Source of the DNA: Candidatus Latescibacterota bacterium
GTDB taxonomy: Bacteria; Latescibacterota; UBA2968; GCA-2709665
Length of the DNA stretch: 64,000 nucleotides
Assembly (NCBI GenBank): GCA_965203805.1
Contig: OZ241917.1
Span: 4,256,001-4,320,000 of the forward strand
Direction of reading: 5' to 3'
The notes beneath the pieces are model-generated. The model had not been told where the DNA came from, ran no database searches, and saw only the letters and a list, made by a program, of their open reading frames with translations. Positions 8,662-18,344 of this stretch are shown here, one piece after another (positions within the stretch are counted from its first letter, which is position 1; each line of letters begins with the position of its first letter). The position numbers and the translations under genes were made by a program.

Positions 8662-10437
8662 ATGGACAGCGAATCGATGAGCCACGAAGAGAACTACTGC
8701 TTCGACGTCGCCGGTTACCTCATCGTCAGGGGCGTCCTGAGCAGAGGCGAGATTGCCGCCCTGAATTCGGCGATCGACGCGAGTGGGAAGTCGCAGGGCA
8801 TGCTGGGGTGGCCGCACCCCCTGCGCGAACCCTTTCGCGAACTGCTGGTCCATCCCCAGCTCGTCTGGTACCTGAATCAGATTGTGGGGCAGGGCTTCCG
8901 TCTGGAGACCGAACCGGAATTGCTTTACAACGCCGCGCGCGATCCGGATGCGCCCCTCGAGGGCGGCAACGAACCGCGGGATCCCACCCGGGCCTACTAT
9001 TACCAGAACGGACGCCGCTTCAGTGAGACGGTACGGGTCGTATGGGCCCTCGCCGACGTCGAGGCGGGTGCGGGCGGTTTCGCCATTGTGCCCTGCTCGC
9101 ACAAATCCAACGTGGAAACCCCGGACGACGTTCTCACCGGCAGTGACGATATGGGCCTCACGCTTCAGCCCGAACTCAAGGCGGGCGACCTCCTCCTTGT
9201 CGCCGGCGCCCTGCTTCAGGGCATGCGACCCTGGAATGGACGCGGTCAGCAGCGTCTTCTTTCATTTGATTTCGCGGGACGGGGCGCCATCCGCTCCGCC
9301 GGGACCGGGCCGAAAACCGGAGAAGCCCCCACGCCCGAATGGATGTCCGACCTTTCAGCCGAACAGCGAGCCTCGATCTGGCGGCCCGGATACCGAAGCA
9401 CGTCGCCTCCGCCAACGATCCATACGGACGGAGAGTCGGTGCGTCTCGACGAATCGCGGGACGTCTTCCATCCATCCATCTACGTCAGGAATCCCGACTC
9501 AGGCATCGACGAGAAGGAGTTCTATTTCTGGGACCTCTGCGGGCACCTCGTCCTCCGAAACGTGATGGACGAAGCGTGGCTGGAACAGGCCAACGAAGCC
9601 ATCGATCGATTCGAAGACAGGATCGAGGTGGGCGGGGAACTCTCCCGCGGATCGAAAGCGCTGGCCGGAACCGGCCGGCCGCTGCTGCCCGACCTGCTGC
9701 GCCTTCCGGAACCTCATTGCGATCCCTTCCGGCGCATGGTCGCGCACCCTGCGGTGGAGCACCGGCTCAACTGGATGGGCGCCAGCGGCGTAAGGTTCGG
9801 CGACGCCACCGCATTCTGTTCCGTGAAGGGCGGGTCGGGTCATTCCCTGCACGACGCGAACGAACCACTCAATCCCGGCCGGGGATATGTCTACCAGAAC
9901 GGCCGCAGCTATTGCGAGGCCGTGACGGTCAGCTGGCAGCTGAGGGACGTGCCCGCGGGTCTGGGCGGGTTCGCATGCGTACCAGGCAGCCATAAAGCCC
10001 AGTACCGCCTGCCCCCGGGGGTCCGGTCCTGCGATGACCCCATGGGCCTGGTCGTCCAGCCCGAAATGAAGGCCGGCGACGTGCTCTTCTTCATGGACGG
10101 GGGCCAGACCCACGGCGCCCTGGCGTGGAAGAACGAGATCGGCCGCCGTGCCATCCTGATCAAGTATTCATCCCGCAACTTCAACCGCAGCGGCGGCGAA
10201 ATGGTCCACCCCGAGAACCGATGGGGCGATCTCGTCGAGGATATGACCGACGCCCAACTGGCGGTTATGCGCGGACCTGACCGGGACGTCTTCAACCAGA
10301 ACGTCCCGCGGCTCGAAGTCCACGGCGGTCGCGTTTCGGTTTCCTATGAACGCGGCGGCGCTCTTTATAGCAGGGATGCCCCCACCGGTCCGGTCGCAAA
10401 ACGAGGCGGTGACGTATCCGGAAAGAGCACGGGATAG
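8662..10437 (+). CDS. Tandem two-domain PhyH-family protein
   Basis: Two homologous halves (FDVAGYLIVR / WDLCGHLVLR; VPCSHK / VPGSHK; KAGD); GGAGG RBS. Confidence 0.8.
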   Translation: MDSESMSHEENYCFDVAGYLIVRGVLSRGEIAALNSAIDASGKSQGMLGWPHPLREPFRELLVHPQLVWYLNQIVGQGFRLETEPELLYNAARDPDAPLEGGNEPRDPTRAYYYQNGRRFSETVRVVWALADVEAGAGGFAIVPCSHKSNVETPDDVLTGSDDMGLTLQPELKAGDLLLVAGALLQGMRPWNGRGQQRLLSFDFAGRGAIRSAGTGPKTGEAPTPEWMSDLSAEQRASIWRPGYRSTSPPPTIHTDGESVRLDESRDVFHPSIYVRNPDSGIDEKEFYFWDLCGHLVLRNVMDEAWLEQANEAIDRFEDRIEVGGELSRGSKALAGTGRPLLPDLLRLPEPHCDPFRRMVAHPAVEHRLNWMGASGVRFGDATAFCSVKGGSGHSLHDANEPLNPGRGYVYQNGRSYCEAVTVSWQLRDVPAGLGGFACVPGSHKAQYRLPPGVRSCDDPMGLVVQPEMKAGDVLFFMDGGQTHGALAWKNEIGRRAILIKYSSRNFNRSGGEMVHPENRWGDLVEDMTDAQLAVMRGPDRDVFNQNVPRLEVHGGRVSVSYERGGALYSRDAPTGPVAKRGGDVSGKSTG

Positions 10438-10540
10438 TCGCGCCCGCGCACGTTCCGAACACAGGTCGCCAGGACCGGATGTGCGCACGGAATGGACGTC
10501 CGCGCGCAAATACCCACAGCCGCCGGGAAGGACCCCGATC

Positions 10541-11218
10541 TTGACACCGCCCGTCACCACGATTTTCTTCGACGCTTACGAGACCCTTCTGGCGGGCGCC
10601 ATGGAAGAACTCCATGCCCTGTGCGACCGCATCGTCCGTGAACAGGACCTCGATTTGTCCGGGCAGGATTTCTTCGAGGCCTGGGACCGGTCGTTTTTTC
10701 CGCTTCTCCAGGGCGAGACGTTTTTTACGATGCGGCAAGCCCACCTCATCAGCCTCGAACAGACGCTCGAGAGCTTCGGCAGACACGTTTCTTTCGTGCA
10801 CTACACCGACGACCTTTTTGCGACATTCTCGGAGGTGCCCGTCTTCGATGACGTCATGCCCGCGCTGGCCGGTCTTGAGTCGTTCCGGACCGGGGTGGTC
10901 TCCAATGCCGACCACGGTCACCTGACCCGTGCGCTCAGGAAAAACAACCTGGCGTTTCCCGTGGTCGTCAGTTCCGAGTCCGCACGCGCCTACAAACCCG
11001 CGCCTGGCATCTTCCACGAAGCCCTGCGGCTGATCGGCAGCCGTCCGGAAGAGACTCTCTACGTGGGCGATTCCCAGGGCGACGATATCGTCGGCGCTCG
11101 GCGGGCGGGCATCCGCGTCGCGTGGCTGAACCGTAACGGTGAAGCACTCAGGCCGGACATTCCGGAACCGGACCACGAGATATCCAGCCTGCGGGAGGTT
11201 CCCGGTCTCGCTGCATGA
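10541..11218 (+). CDS. HAD-superfamily hydrolase (haloacid dehalogenase type II-like)
   Basis: Motif I FDAYETL, VVSN, YKP, YVGDS..DD; start approximate (TTG 10541). Confidence 0.8.
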   Translation: MTPPVTTIFFDAYETLLAGAMEELHALCDRIVREQDLDLSGQDFFEAWDRSFFPLLQGETFFTMRQAHLISLEQTLESFGRHVSFVHYTDDLFATFSEVPVFDDVMPALAGLESFRTGVVSNADHGHLTRALRKNNLAFPVVVSSESARAYKPAPGIFHEALRLIGSRPEETLYVGDSQGDDIVGARRAGIRVAWLNRNGEALRPDIPEPDHEISSLREVPGLAA

Positions 11219-11416
11219 ATCCCGGCGACCCGCAGGATTGTTCCGGCTTCCGTTAACCGGATCTCCCCGTTTCGCCTCTTGCCGCAAGTGTTTCCCAATA
11301 CGCGAAACGTAACGCCCCCTGCCCCGAAGCGTGCTCGTCACCAGCAAAAAGACAGCCTGCAACGCATCTCCAGGGGAGGCGCATCGCAGGCTGAAGGGGT
11401 TCGATTCAGAAGCCGG

Positions 11417-12052
11417 CTACTTGTTCGGCTGCGGGGTATACCTCAGGTACGGCTTGATGGTTGTGAATCCTTTGGGGAATTTTTCGACCGCCTCTTCGTC
11501 GGTCACCGCGGGAACGATGATGCAGTCTTCGCCGTCCTCCCAGTTGACGGGCGTTGCCACCTGGTGGTAGGCCGTGAGTTGCAGCGAGTCGATCACCCGA
11601 AGGATCTCGGCGAAGTTCCGGCCGGTAGACGCGGGATAGGTCAACGTCAGTTTGACCTTCTTGTCCGGGCCGATGACGAATACGGACCGTACCGTGGCCT
11701 TGTCGTCTTCGTTCGGGTGAATCATATCGTACATGCTGGCCACCGTCTTGTCCGGGTCGGCAATCAGCGGGAAGTTGACCGTGGTGTTCTGGGTCTCGTT
11801 GATGTCGCTGACCCAGCCCCTGTGGTCATCCAGCGGGTCCACGCTTACGCCGATTACCTTGACGTTGCGCTTTGCAAACTCCGCCTTCAGCTTGGCGACC
11901 ACACCCAGTTCGGTGGTGCAGACCGGCGTGAAGTCGGCGGGATGGGAGAACAGAACGCCCCAGGCGTCTCCCAGCCATTCGTGAAAGCGGACAGTACCTT
12001 CGGTTGTCTCCGCTGTAAAATCGGGTGCGTCGTCCCCCAATCGCAATGGCAT
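11417..12052 (-). CDS. 1-Cys peroxiredoxin (Prx6)
   Basis: HPADFTPVCTTE, YPASTGRNF, VATPVNW. Confidence 0.92.
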   Translation of the reverse strand: MPLRLGDDAPDFTAETTEGTVRFHEWLGDAWGVLFSHPADFTPVCTTELGVVAKLKAEFAKRNVKVIGVSVDPLDDHRGWVSDINETQNTTVNFPLIADPDKTVASMYDMIHPNEDDKATVRSVFVIGPDKKVKLTLTYPASTGRNFAEILRVIDSLQLTAYHQVATPVNWEDGEDCIIVPAVTDEEAVEKFPKGFTTIKPYLRYTPQPNK

Positions 12053-12283
12053 AGCATTCCTCCCTTTTTCGTGTGTGTCGTTGAGATGTTCCGGTGAAAC
12101 GAGAATTCCCGATAACCGGAACGCCCGCAACGCGTTTTCGCAACCCTGAATCAGGTATCGGATAGGATATTAATAAAAGGGTACTGAAATATCAATGTCA
12201 AGCGATTTATTGAAAATCGGGAGCGTCCCGTCCGTTCCGCGTCGCGGATCCTGCCGTCGTCCCGACTGATCGGAGAGGCCACC

Positions 12284-14734
12284 ATGCAAACCCACGCGCG
12301 CCTGGTTGTCATCGGCGCCGGCATCGTCGGCTGCAGCACCGTCTACCATCTCACGCGCCAGGGCTGGAAGGACATTGTGGTCCTGGACCAGGGACCCCTC
12401 TTCGATACCGGCGGGTCGACGTCCCATGCGCCGGGGCTGGTGTTCCAGACCAACTTTTCGAAGACAATGACCGACATTTCCAGGAACACGGTTGCCCTTT
12501 ACAACTCGCTGCGCCTGGACGGACAACCCTGTTTCCATCCTGTCGGAAGTTTCGAGGTCGCGTACACGCCCGAGCGGATGGAGGACCTGAAGCGTAAACT
12601 GGGCGTCGCCAAATCCTGGAACCTCGAAGCCTGCCTCACTTCGCCCGAAGAGACCCTGGTAAAGCTCCCCCTGCTGGATGCCGGCCGAATCCATGGCGCG
12701 TACTATGTGCCATCGGACGGCATTGCGAAGGCCGTGCGCGCCTGCGAAGCCATGGCGCGCGCCTCGGATCCCGGCGCCGCGTTTCACGGACGAACCACGG
12801 TGACCGGCATCGAAGTGAGGAACGGCCGCGTCCGCGGGATAAAGACCGACCGGGGGCGCATCGCCGCGGACCAGGTGTTGATCTGCGCGGGCATCTGGGG
12901 GCCGCGCATCGGGCGCCTGGCGGGCATCTCCATCCCGCTTACGCCCGTTCAGCATCAATACGCGCTCACGGCGCCGCTTCCGGAACTGGCGGGAGAAACC
13001 CGGGAAGTCGTCCACCCGATCCTGCGCCACCAGGACTCCGCCATGTATTTCCGGCAGCAGGCCGACCGGTACGGCATCGGGTCCTACAGGCACGAACCGC
13101 TCCTGGTGAGCCCGGACGACCTCCTCAGCCCGGATGAAGCCAGGCTCTCGCCGTCGATTATGGACTTCACGCCGGAACACTTCGCGGTTGCGCGAGAGGC
13201 CGCGGACGAACTTATACCGGCGTTGAAACACGCCGGTCTCGACTACAGGATCAACGGCCTCTTCTCCTTCACGCCGGACGGGTTGCCCCTGCTCGGTGAG
13301 TCCGTCGACGTTCGCGGGCTCTGGGTTGCCGAGGCCGTGTGGATCACCCACGGCGGCGGCGTGGGACAGGCGGTGGCGGAGTGGATGGAATCCGGCGCGC
13401 CCGAAATCGATCTCAGGGACGCCGATATCAACCGCTTCGGCCCGCACGTCCACACCCGTGAATACGTTGAAGCCCGGGGGGCGCAGCAATACCGCGAAGT
13501 CTACGATATCATCCATCCGCTGGAACAGATGGAGCATCCGCGCGGCCTGCGTCTCAGCCCGTTTCATCCCCGCCTGAAGGAACTGGATGCCGTGTTCTTC
13601 GAAGGCGCGGGATGGGAACGCCCGCAATGGTTCGAAGCCAACAATGTCGGGCTGGACGAAGAGAAGGGTCTGCCGTCGCGAACCGGCTGGGAGGCGCGGT
13701 ACTGGTCTCGCGTTCAGGGCGTGGAACACCGGGCCACCCGGAGCCGCGCGGGGCTGTGCGACATTACGCCGTTCACGAAGATCGAAGTCGCCGGCGCGGG
13801 CGCACCGGGTTTTCTTCAGCGCATGGCCGCCAACCGTATGGACCGCCCCGTCGGCAGGGTGATCTATACGGCCCTGCTCAATTGGCGGGGAGGCGTCGCT
13901 GCCGACCTGACCGTCACCCGGCTGGCCGCGGACCGCTTCCTGGTTCTCACGGGGGCCGCCTCAGGGATGCGGGACCTGGCATGGTTCTCCCGCCACGCCC
14001 GGGAGGAACGCGACGTTCGCATTGCCGATGTGACCTCCGCCTGGTGCGGCCTGGGCCTCTGGGGGCCCGAAGCCCGAGAGATCCTTCAAGGCGTCTGCAG
14101 CGACGATCTTACCAACCGGGGGTTCCCGTATTTTACCGCAAGACGGATTCAGATCGGGTCCATTCCCGCCCTCGCGCTGCGCATTTCCTACGTGGGGGAA
14201 CTGGGATGGGAAATCTATGCGCCCACTGAATTCGGGCTTCGGCTCTGGGACACGCTCTGGGAGGCCGGACGTCCGCACGGGCTCGTCGCCCTCGGCGGCG
14301 GGGCATTCGACGCGCTCCGGCTCGAAAAGGGATTCCGCCTCTGGGGCGCGGATATCCATACGGAGTACAATCCCTACGAAGCCGGACTCGGCTGGGCCGT
14401 CAGGCTCGACAAGGGTGACTTCCTGGGACGGGCCGCCCTGTTGAAAATCCGCGAGAAGGGAATCGACCGGAAGCTCTGCTGCCTCACCCTGGACGAACCG
14501 GGCGCGGTTGTGATGGGGAAGGAGCCCATTCTGGCCGGCAGCCGCGTACTCGGGTACGTCACCAGCGCCAACCACGGGTACACCGTCGGCAAGTTCATCG
14601 CGTACGGCTATCTCCCGCTGGAGTACGCAATGCCGGGAACATCCGTCGAAGTCGAAACCTTCGGCAATCGCCATCGCGCCACGGTCTCGAGCGAACCGCT
14701 CTACGATCCCCGCGGCAAAAAAATGAAAGTCTGA
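12284..14734 (+). CDS. FAD-dependent dimethylglycine/sarcosine dehydrogenase or oxidase (GcvT-family C-terminus)
   Basis: VIGAGIVG, GSTSHAPG, FSFTPDG, GWERP, SYVGELGWE, LRLEKG. Confidence 0.88.
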   Translation: MQTHARLVVIGAGIVGCSTVYHLTRQGWKDIVVLDQGPLFDTGGSTSHAPGLVFQTNFSKTMTDISRNTVALYNSLRLDGQPCFHPVGSFEVAYTPERMEDLKRKLGVAKSWNLEACLTSPEETLVKLPLLDAGRIHGAYYVPSDGIAKAVRACEAMARASDPGAAFHGRTTVTGIEVRNGRVRGIKTDRGRIAADQVLICAGIWGPRIGRLAGISIPLTPVQHQYALTAPLPELAGETREVVHPILRHQDSAMYFRQQADRYGIGSYRHEPLLVSPDDLLSPDEARLSPSIMDFTPEHFAVAREAADELIPALKHAGLDYRINGLFSFTPDGLPLLGESVDVRGLWVAEAVWITHGGGVGQAVAEWMESGAPEIDLRDADINRFGPHVHTREYVEARGAQQYREVYDIIHPLEQMEHPRGLRLSPFHPRLKELDAVFFEGAGWERPQWFEANNVGLDEEKGLPSRTGWEARYWSRVQGVEHRATRSRAGLCDITPFTKIEVAGAGAPGFLQRMAANRMDRPVGRVIYTALLNWRGGVAADLTVTRLAADRFLVLTGAASGMRDLAWFSRHAREERDVRIADVTSAWCGLGLWGPEAREILQGVCSDDLTNRGFPYFTARRIQIGSIPALALRISYVGELGWEIYAPTEFGLRLWDTLWEAGRPHGLVALGGGAFDALRLEKGFRLWGADIHTEYNPYEAGLGWAVRLDKGDFLGRAALLKIREKGIDRKLCCLTLDEPGAVVMGKEPILAGSRVLGYVTSANHGYTVGKFIAYGYLPLEYAMPGTSVEVETFGNRHRATVSSEPLYDPRGKKMKV

Positions 14735-14793
14735 CGCGACTATACGATGAGATATTGGCACGCAGGAAAAGGTTTTGTCAAGAGCAAGACAAA

Positions 14794-14823
14794 ACCCCCG
14801 GGCATATTGAATTGCCCGGGGGT
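14794..14823. terminator. Hairpin between convergent genes
   Basis: ACCCCCGGGCA-N8-TGCCCGGGGGT preceded by an A-run. Confidence 0.65.
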
Positions 14824-14851
14824 CATAAGTTTGTTGTGCAGAAGGATTGTG

Positions 14852-15313
14852 CTATTCCTCCTCGCTGCGCTCTCTTTTCAGCAATAAACAACCGGCTATC
14901 AAGTCGTGAAGGGCCTGTTTTCGTTCCGTAAAGGCCGCTAGAACATAACCAATGTATGCGGTCATTCTGGAGATTATCTTTGCAAAATGTCGTCCGGAAG
15001 CCCGCCCGAAGGAAATTCGGTTTCCTTCAAGGTCCGTGACTCTAATGCCGAGCGCCAACTTGCCCAATGTGGCTTGAAGATTGGATGACTCCAATATGGC
15101 ATAGTAGAGCCAATCGAAGGAGAAAAAGCAGATCAAGAACCCGATCACGACGGTTGTGAATAATGCATCTCCTACGAGAAATGTACCTGCTGTACCCGTT
15201 CCGAAGGCATAGAACCAACCGCCCAGAGCAGCATAGATTCCAGCAAATGCGCCGGTGATCAATTTATCGATGATCGCTGCTGCGAACCGCTGCCAGAATC
15301 TCGCATAGGTCAT
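14852..15313 (-). CDS. RDD family membrane protein
   Basis: YARFWQRFAAAIID, QATLGK, KQALHD. Confidence 0.85.
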   Translation of the reverse strand: MTYARFWQRFAAAIIDKLITGAFAGIYAALGGWFYAFGTGTAGTFLVGDALFTTVVIGFLICFFSFDWLYYAILESSNLQATLGKLALGIRVTDLEGNRISFGRASGRHFAKIISRMTAYIGYVLAAFTERKQALHDLIAGCLLLKRERSEEE

Positions 15314-15480
15314 TTTCGCCTCCTTCGATATCTGCTGCCACCCCAGACCGCGACTACCGCGAGATTAGACAGCACGATTTGATTATTGGTTTCAGGAATA
15401 AAACAGTCCCGCATTCTTCATACACAAAACGGTCCCGGTCCCTGGATCGTCCGTTTAAGTGAAATGCTTGTCTAAACTCC

Positions 15481-15516
15481 TTGACTCGACTGTAAATATA
15501 GTCTATATTGGACTAT
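15481..15516 (+). promoter_or_regulatory. Promoter and operator of the vapBC operon
   Basis: TTGACT-N17-TATATT; inverted repeat ATAGTC-N7-GACTAT over the -10. Confidence 0.6.
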
Positions 15517-15537
15517 TATTTAATGAAGGGAGACGAT

Positions 15538-15822
15538 ATGTCCATCCAATATCCCAAACCAGACCGGGTCTGGACTGTCGCGGAGGCCAAGGCGAGGCTG
15601 TCTGAAATTCTTCGTCTGTCCGAGGCGGAAGGCCCGCAGCGAATCGGCGCGCGGAAGGCTTTCGTTGTCGTGCCCGAGCATATCTGGAAGGCTCAGTCGT
15701 CACCGCGCAAGCCGCTTGGCCAGTGGCTGATCGACAATATGCCGCGCGGGACGAATCTCGATATACCTGTCGATCGAACGTCCCGGCGGGAGATCCCGTT
15801 CGCTGACGGAGATGCGGGATGA
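15538..15822 (+). CDS. Phd/YefM-family antitoxin
   Basis: WTVAEAKARLSEILR..GPQRI; ATGA overlap with PIN gene. Confidence 0.8.
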   Translation: MSIQYPKPDRVWTVAEAKARLSEILRLSEAEGPQRIGARKAFVVVPEHIWKAQSSPRKPLGQWLIDNMPRGTNLDIPVDRTSRREIPFADGDAG

Positions 15823-16238
15823 ACGGGTTTCTCGTGGACACCAACGTGGTCTCTGAACTCACCCGAACCGCGCCGGACGCGAATGTGATGGCATTTCTGT
15901 CTAAACCGCACGATCTGTGGCTGTCGGCGGTGGTGGTGCATGAGTTGGCGTTCGGTTTGCAGCTTTTGCCTCACGGACCACGGCGCGACGTACTGCGCGC
16001 GGCGCTGTCGGGGATAATCGCAGACTACCAGGACCGTATTCTTCCTGTCGACAGAGCGGGCGCGGAATGGGCGGCCTCTTTTCGAACGCAGGCGCATCGC
16101 GCCGGACGGGTTCTGGATCTGGGTGACGCGCTCGTCGCCGGAACCGCCAGGGCCCACGATCTGTCCGTTGCAACGAGAAACGTCACGGATTTCAACGGCC
16201 TGGACGTCGACGTCACGAATCCCTGGGAATCATCGTGA
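15819..16238 (+). CDS. vapC: PIN-domain VapC toxin
   Basis: LVDTNVVSE, HELAFG, DALVAGTA, TRNVTDF, NPW. Confidence 0.9.
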   Translation: MNGFLVDTNVVSELTRTAPDANVMAFLSKPHDLWLSAVVVHELAFGLQLLPHGPRRDVLRAALSGIIADYQDRILPVDRAGAEWAASFRTQAHRAGRVLDLGDALVAGTARAHDLSVATRNVTDFNGLDVDVTNPWESS

Positions 16239-16499
16239 CCGGGAAAGAAAGGGCGACCACAATGGAACCCGACAAGCCGCCGTGGGAGGAAACATACCGC
16301 GCCATGGCTGCCGCCGGCGAAGACTGGGGCGATTTCGACTCAACGGTAGCAGATGGTCTGGATTGATGTATGGATTTCCCAGGCGATGCCTGAATGACTG
16401 CGTCGACGAGACTGGATCGCGACTCTCTGCGGCTTGAAGTTCCAAAGAATCTGTATACTATCCGTAGGGATATGGAATAACCTGCCATATGGAGGAAAC

Positions 16500-16784
16500 A
16501 TGATCCGACCAACCGATGTCGAGCCGCGAAGTGGCCACCGAATCTGGCTTCGCTTCTCGGACGGCGCGGCCGGAGAAATCGACCTGTCTGATCTCGCCGG
16601 GCGCGGTGTCTTCTGGTCCTGGAACAGCCGGACGTTCTTTGAAACTGTACATATTACGAAGAACGGAAGCATCGCCTGGGGTAAGGACGTGGAACTTTGT
16701 CCGGATGCTCTCTATTTGCGGCTTACCGGCAAATCCGTTGAAGATGTAATGCCGGATGCAAAGGCGCTGTTGGAAGATGCCTGA
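16500..16784 (+). CDS. DUF2442-like protein (putative antitoxin)
   Basis: LRFSDG..GEIDL, GSIAW, ELCPDALY; GGAGG RBS. Confidence 0.7.
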   Translation: MIRPTDVEPRSGHRIWLRFSDGAAGEIDLSDLAGRGVFWSWNSRTFFETVHITKNGSIAWGKDVELCPDALYLRLTGKSVEDVMPDAKALLEDA

Positions 16785-16792
16785 ACTTTGTC

Positions 16793-16951
16793 GCTCCCGC
16801 GGGCTTAACATTGCAGACCTCACGGCGGATTCTGGATGTGTTGTGCGAAAGGGATGTCCTGCAGGTGTTTCATCAGGGCAGGGGCCGTAAGGCAGCCGTT
16901 CTTGTGTTTTCCGAACTGCTGAACGTTGCGGAAGGCAGAAAGGTGTTTTGA
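16793..16951 (+). pseudogene. 3' fragment of a fic paralogue
   Basis: 52 codons (RRILDVLCERDVLQVFHQGRGRKAAVLVFSELLNVAEGRKVF*) colinear with the end of Fic at 20118-20276; no start of its own. Confidence 0.85.
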
Positions 16952-17042
16952 CGGCCAATCATGTCCCACAATGCCATTTGTTGGTCAATAACGATAATAA
17001 GTGGCCAATAAGCTCATCTGTCGGCAATGGGTGGCCGACAAC
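16948..17042 (+). repeat. 95-bp six-box element, copy 1
   Basis: TTGACGGCCA-4-TGTCCCACAA-6-TTGTTGGTCA-14-TGGCCAATAA-6-CTGTCGGCAA-4-TGGCCGACAAC. Confidence 0.9.
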
Positions 17043-17147
17043 AACTGTCGATTCCGTCGAGTGCCCAAACGGTACCTATTGACGTGAATCCGTGAAATAA
17101 GACTCGATTTGTTATCGTTTCGGTAGAAAATCCGAAGGGAGTTCTCT

Positions 17148-18344
17148 ATGGATGGCAAGAGGCTGTTTCGAACAATTCGTCTGGACAACATATTGTCCTA
17201 CGGTTCCTGGGACGGCGAGTTTCAACTTGAGCCGTTAAATGTCCTGATCGGGCCGAATGCATCGGGAAAGTCAAACCTCATAGAAGTAATATCTCTACTC
17301 GCTGCCGCGCCTGGTGGGGATCTTCAGGCACCGATTCGCGAGGGAGGAGGCGTTATCGAGTGGCTATGGAAGGGAGCCACTCGCCTGGGCACGGCAATGA
17401 TCGACGTAACCGTCGAATTTCCGGATAACCGACCGCTCAGATACCGGCTGAGGTTCACTGAGACTGCGTCACGGTTCGAACTCGTGGGTGAGGCAATCGG
17501 GAATGATAGGCCTAAAAAAAAGAACGAAGATCCATTTCCTTTCTATCGAAATCAGGGGGGACGGGCGAGGCTCAGCGTGTTGTCTCCGGATGAGTCTCGG
17601 TCCAATCAACCCCTTACGCAGGAAGAGTTAAGTCAGGAACAGTCGATTCTCTCCCAGCGTCGCGATCCCAACACCTATCCAGAATTAACCTATCTGGCTC
17701 ACGCATTCGAACGTATACGCTTTTATCGAGATTGCAACTTCGGGCGCTCGAGTCCGCCCCGACTACCGCAACAAGCCGACATGCGGCAGGACATTGTGCT
17801 GGAGGACGCCTCGAATATTGGATTGGTTCTGAACAGCTTGCTAAATCAACCACCCGTTAAACGCCAGATCATGGATCGCTTACGGGCTTTTCACCAGTCG
17901 ATCGAGGACATTCTCTGCGTCTTTCACAGTAATACTGTCCAGATATTCTTTCACGAAGAAGGTTTGCATCACTCGATACCCGCCACACGGCTATCCGACG
18001 GGAGCTTGCGCTACCTTTGCCTCCTGGTACTACTGTGTGATCCCAATCCGCCGCCGGTTGTCTGCATCGAGGAACCGGAGATCGGCCTGCACCCGGACGT
18101 AATCCCGGAGTTGGCGGGGCTATTGGTTGAGGCGTCTTCCCGCTGCCAGATATTCGTGACAACGCACTCCGATATTCTCATTGATGCACTCACCGACACC
18201 CCGGAAGCCGTGATTGTCTGTGAGAAGTCAGAGGGAGCGACCAAACTTCGACGGCTGGACGCCTCGGAACTCGAGCTATGGCTTAAGGATTACCGACTCG
18301 GAGAGCTATGGATAAATGGGGAAATCGGAGGCAACCGGTGGTGA
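17148..18344 (+). CDS. ABC-type (AAA_21/AbiEii-like) ATPase
   Basis: GPNASGKS, signature LSDGSL, CIEEPE.GLHP, TTHS, C-terminal LGELW..G.IGG. Confidence 0.85.
   Translation: MDGKRLFRTIRLDNILSYGSWDGEFQLEPLNVLIGPNASGKSNLIEVISLLAAAPGGDLQAPIREGGGVIEWLWKGATRLGTAMIDVTVEFPDNRPLRYRLRFTETASRFELVGEAIGNDRPKKKNEDPFPFYRNQGGRARLSVLSPDESRSNQPLTQEELSQEQSILSQRRDPNTYPELTYLAHAFERIRFYRDCNFGRSSPPRLPQQADMRQDIVLEDASNIGLVLNSLLNQPPVKRQIMDRLRAFHQSIEDILCVFHSNTVQIFFHEEGLHHSIPATRLSDGSLRYLCLLVLLCDPNPPPVVCIEEPEIGLHPDVIPELAGLLVEASSRCQIFVTTHSDILIDALTDTPEAVIVCEKSEGATKLRRLDASELELWLKDYRLGELWINGEIGGNRW

Noticed and set aside
16240-16440. Short ORFs between vapC and DUF2442
   Set aside because: No convincing motif or RBS; may be decayed sequence.
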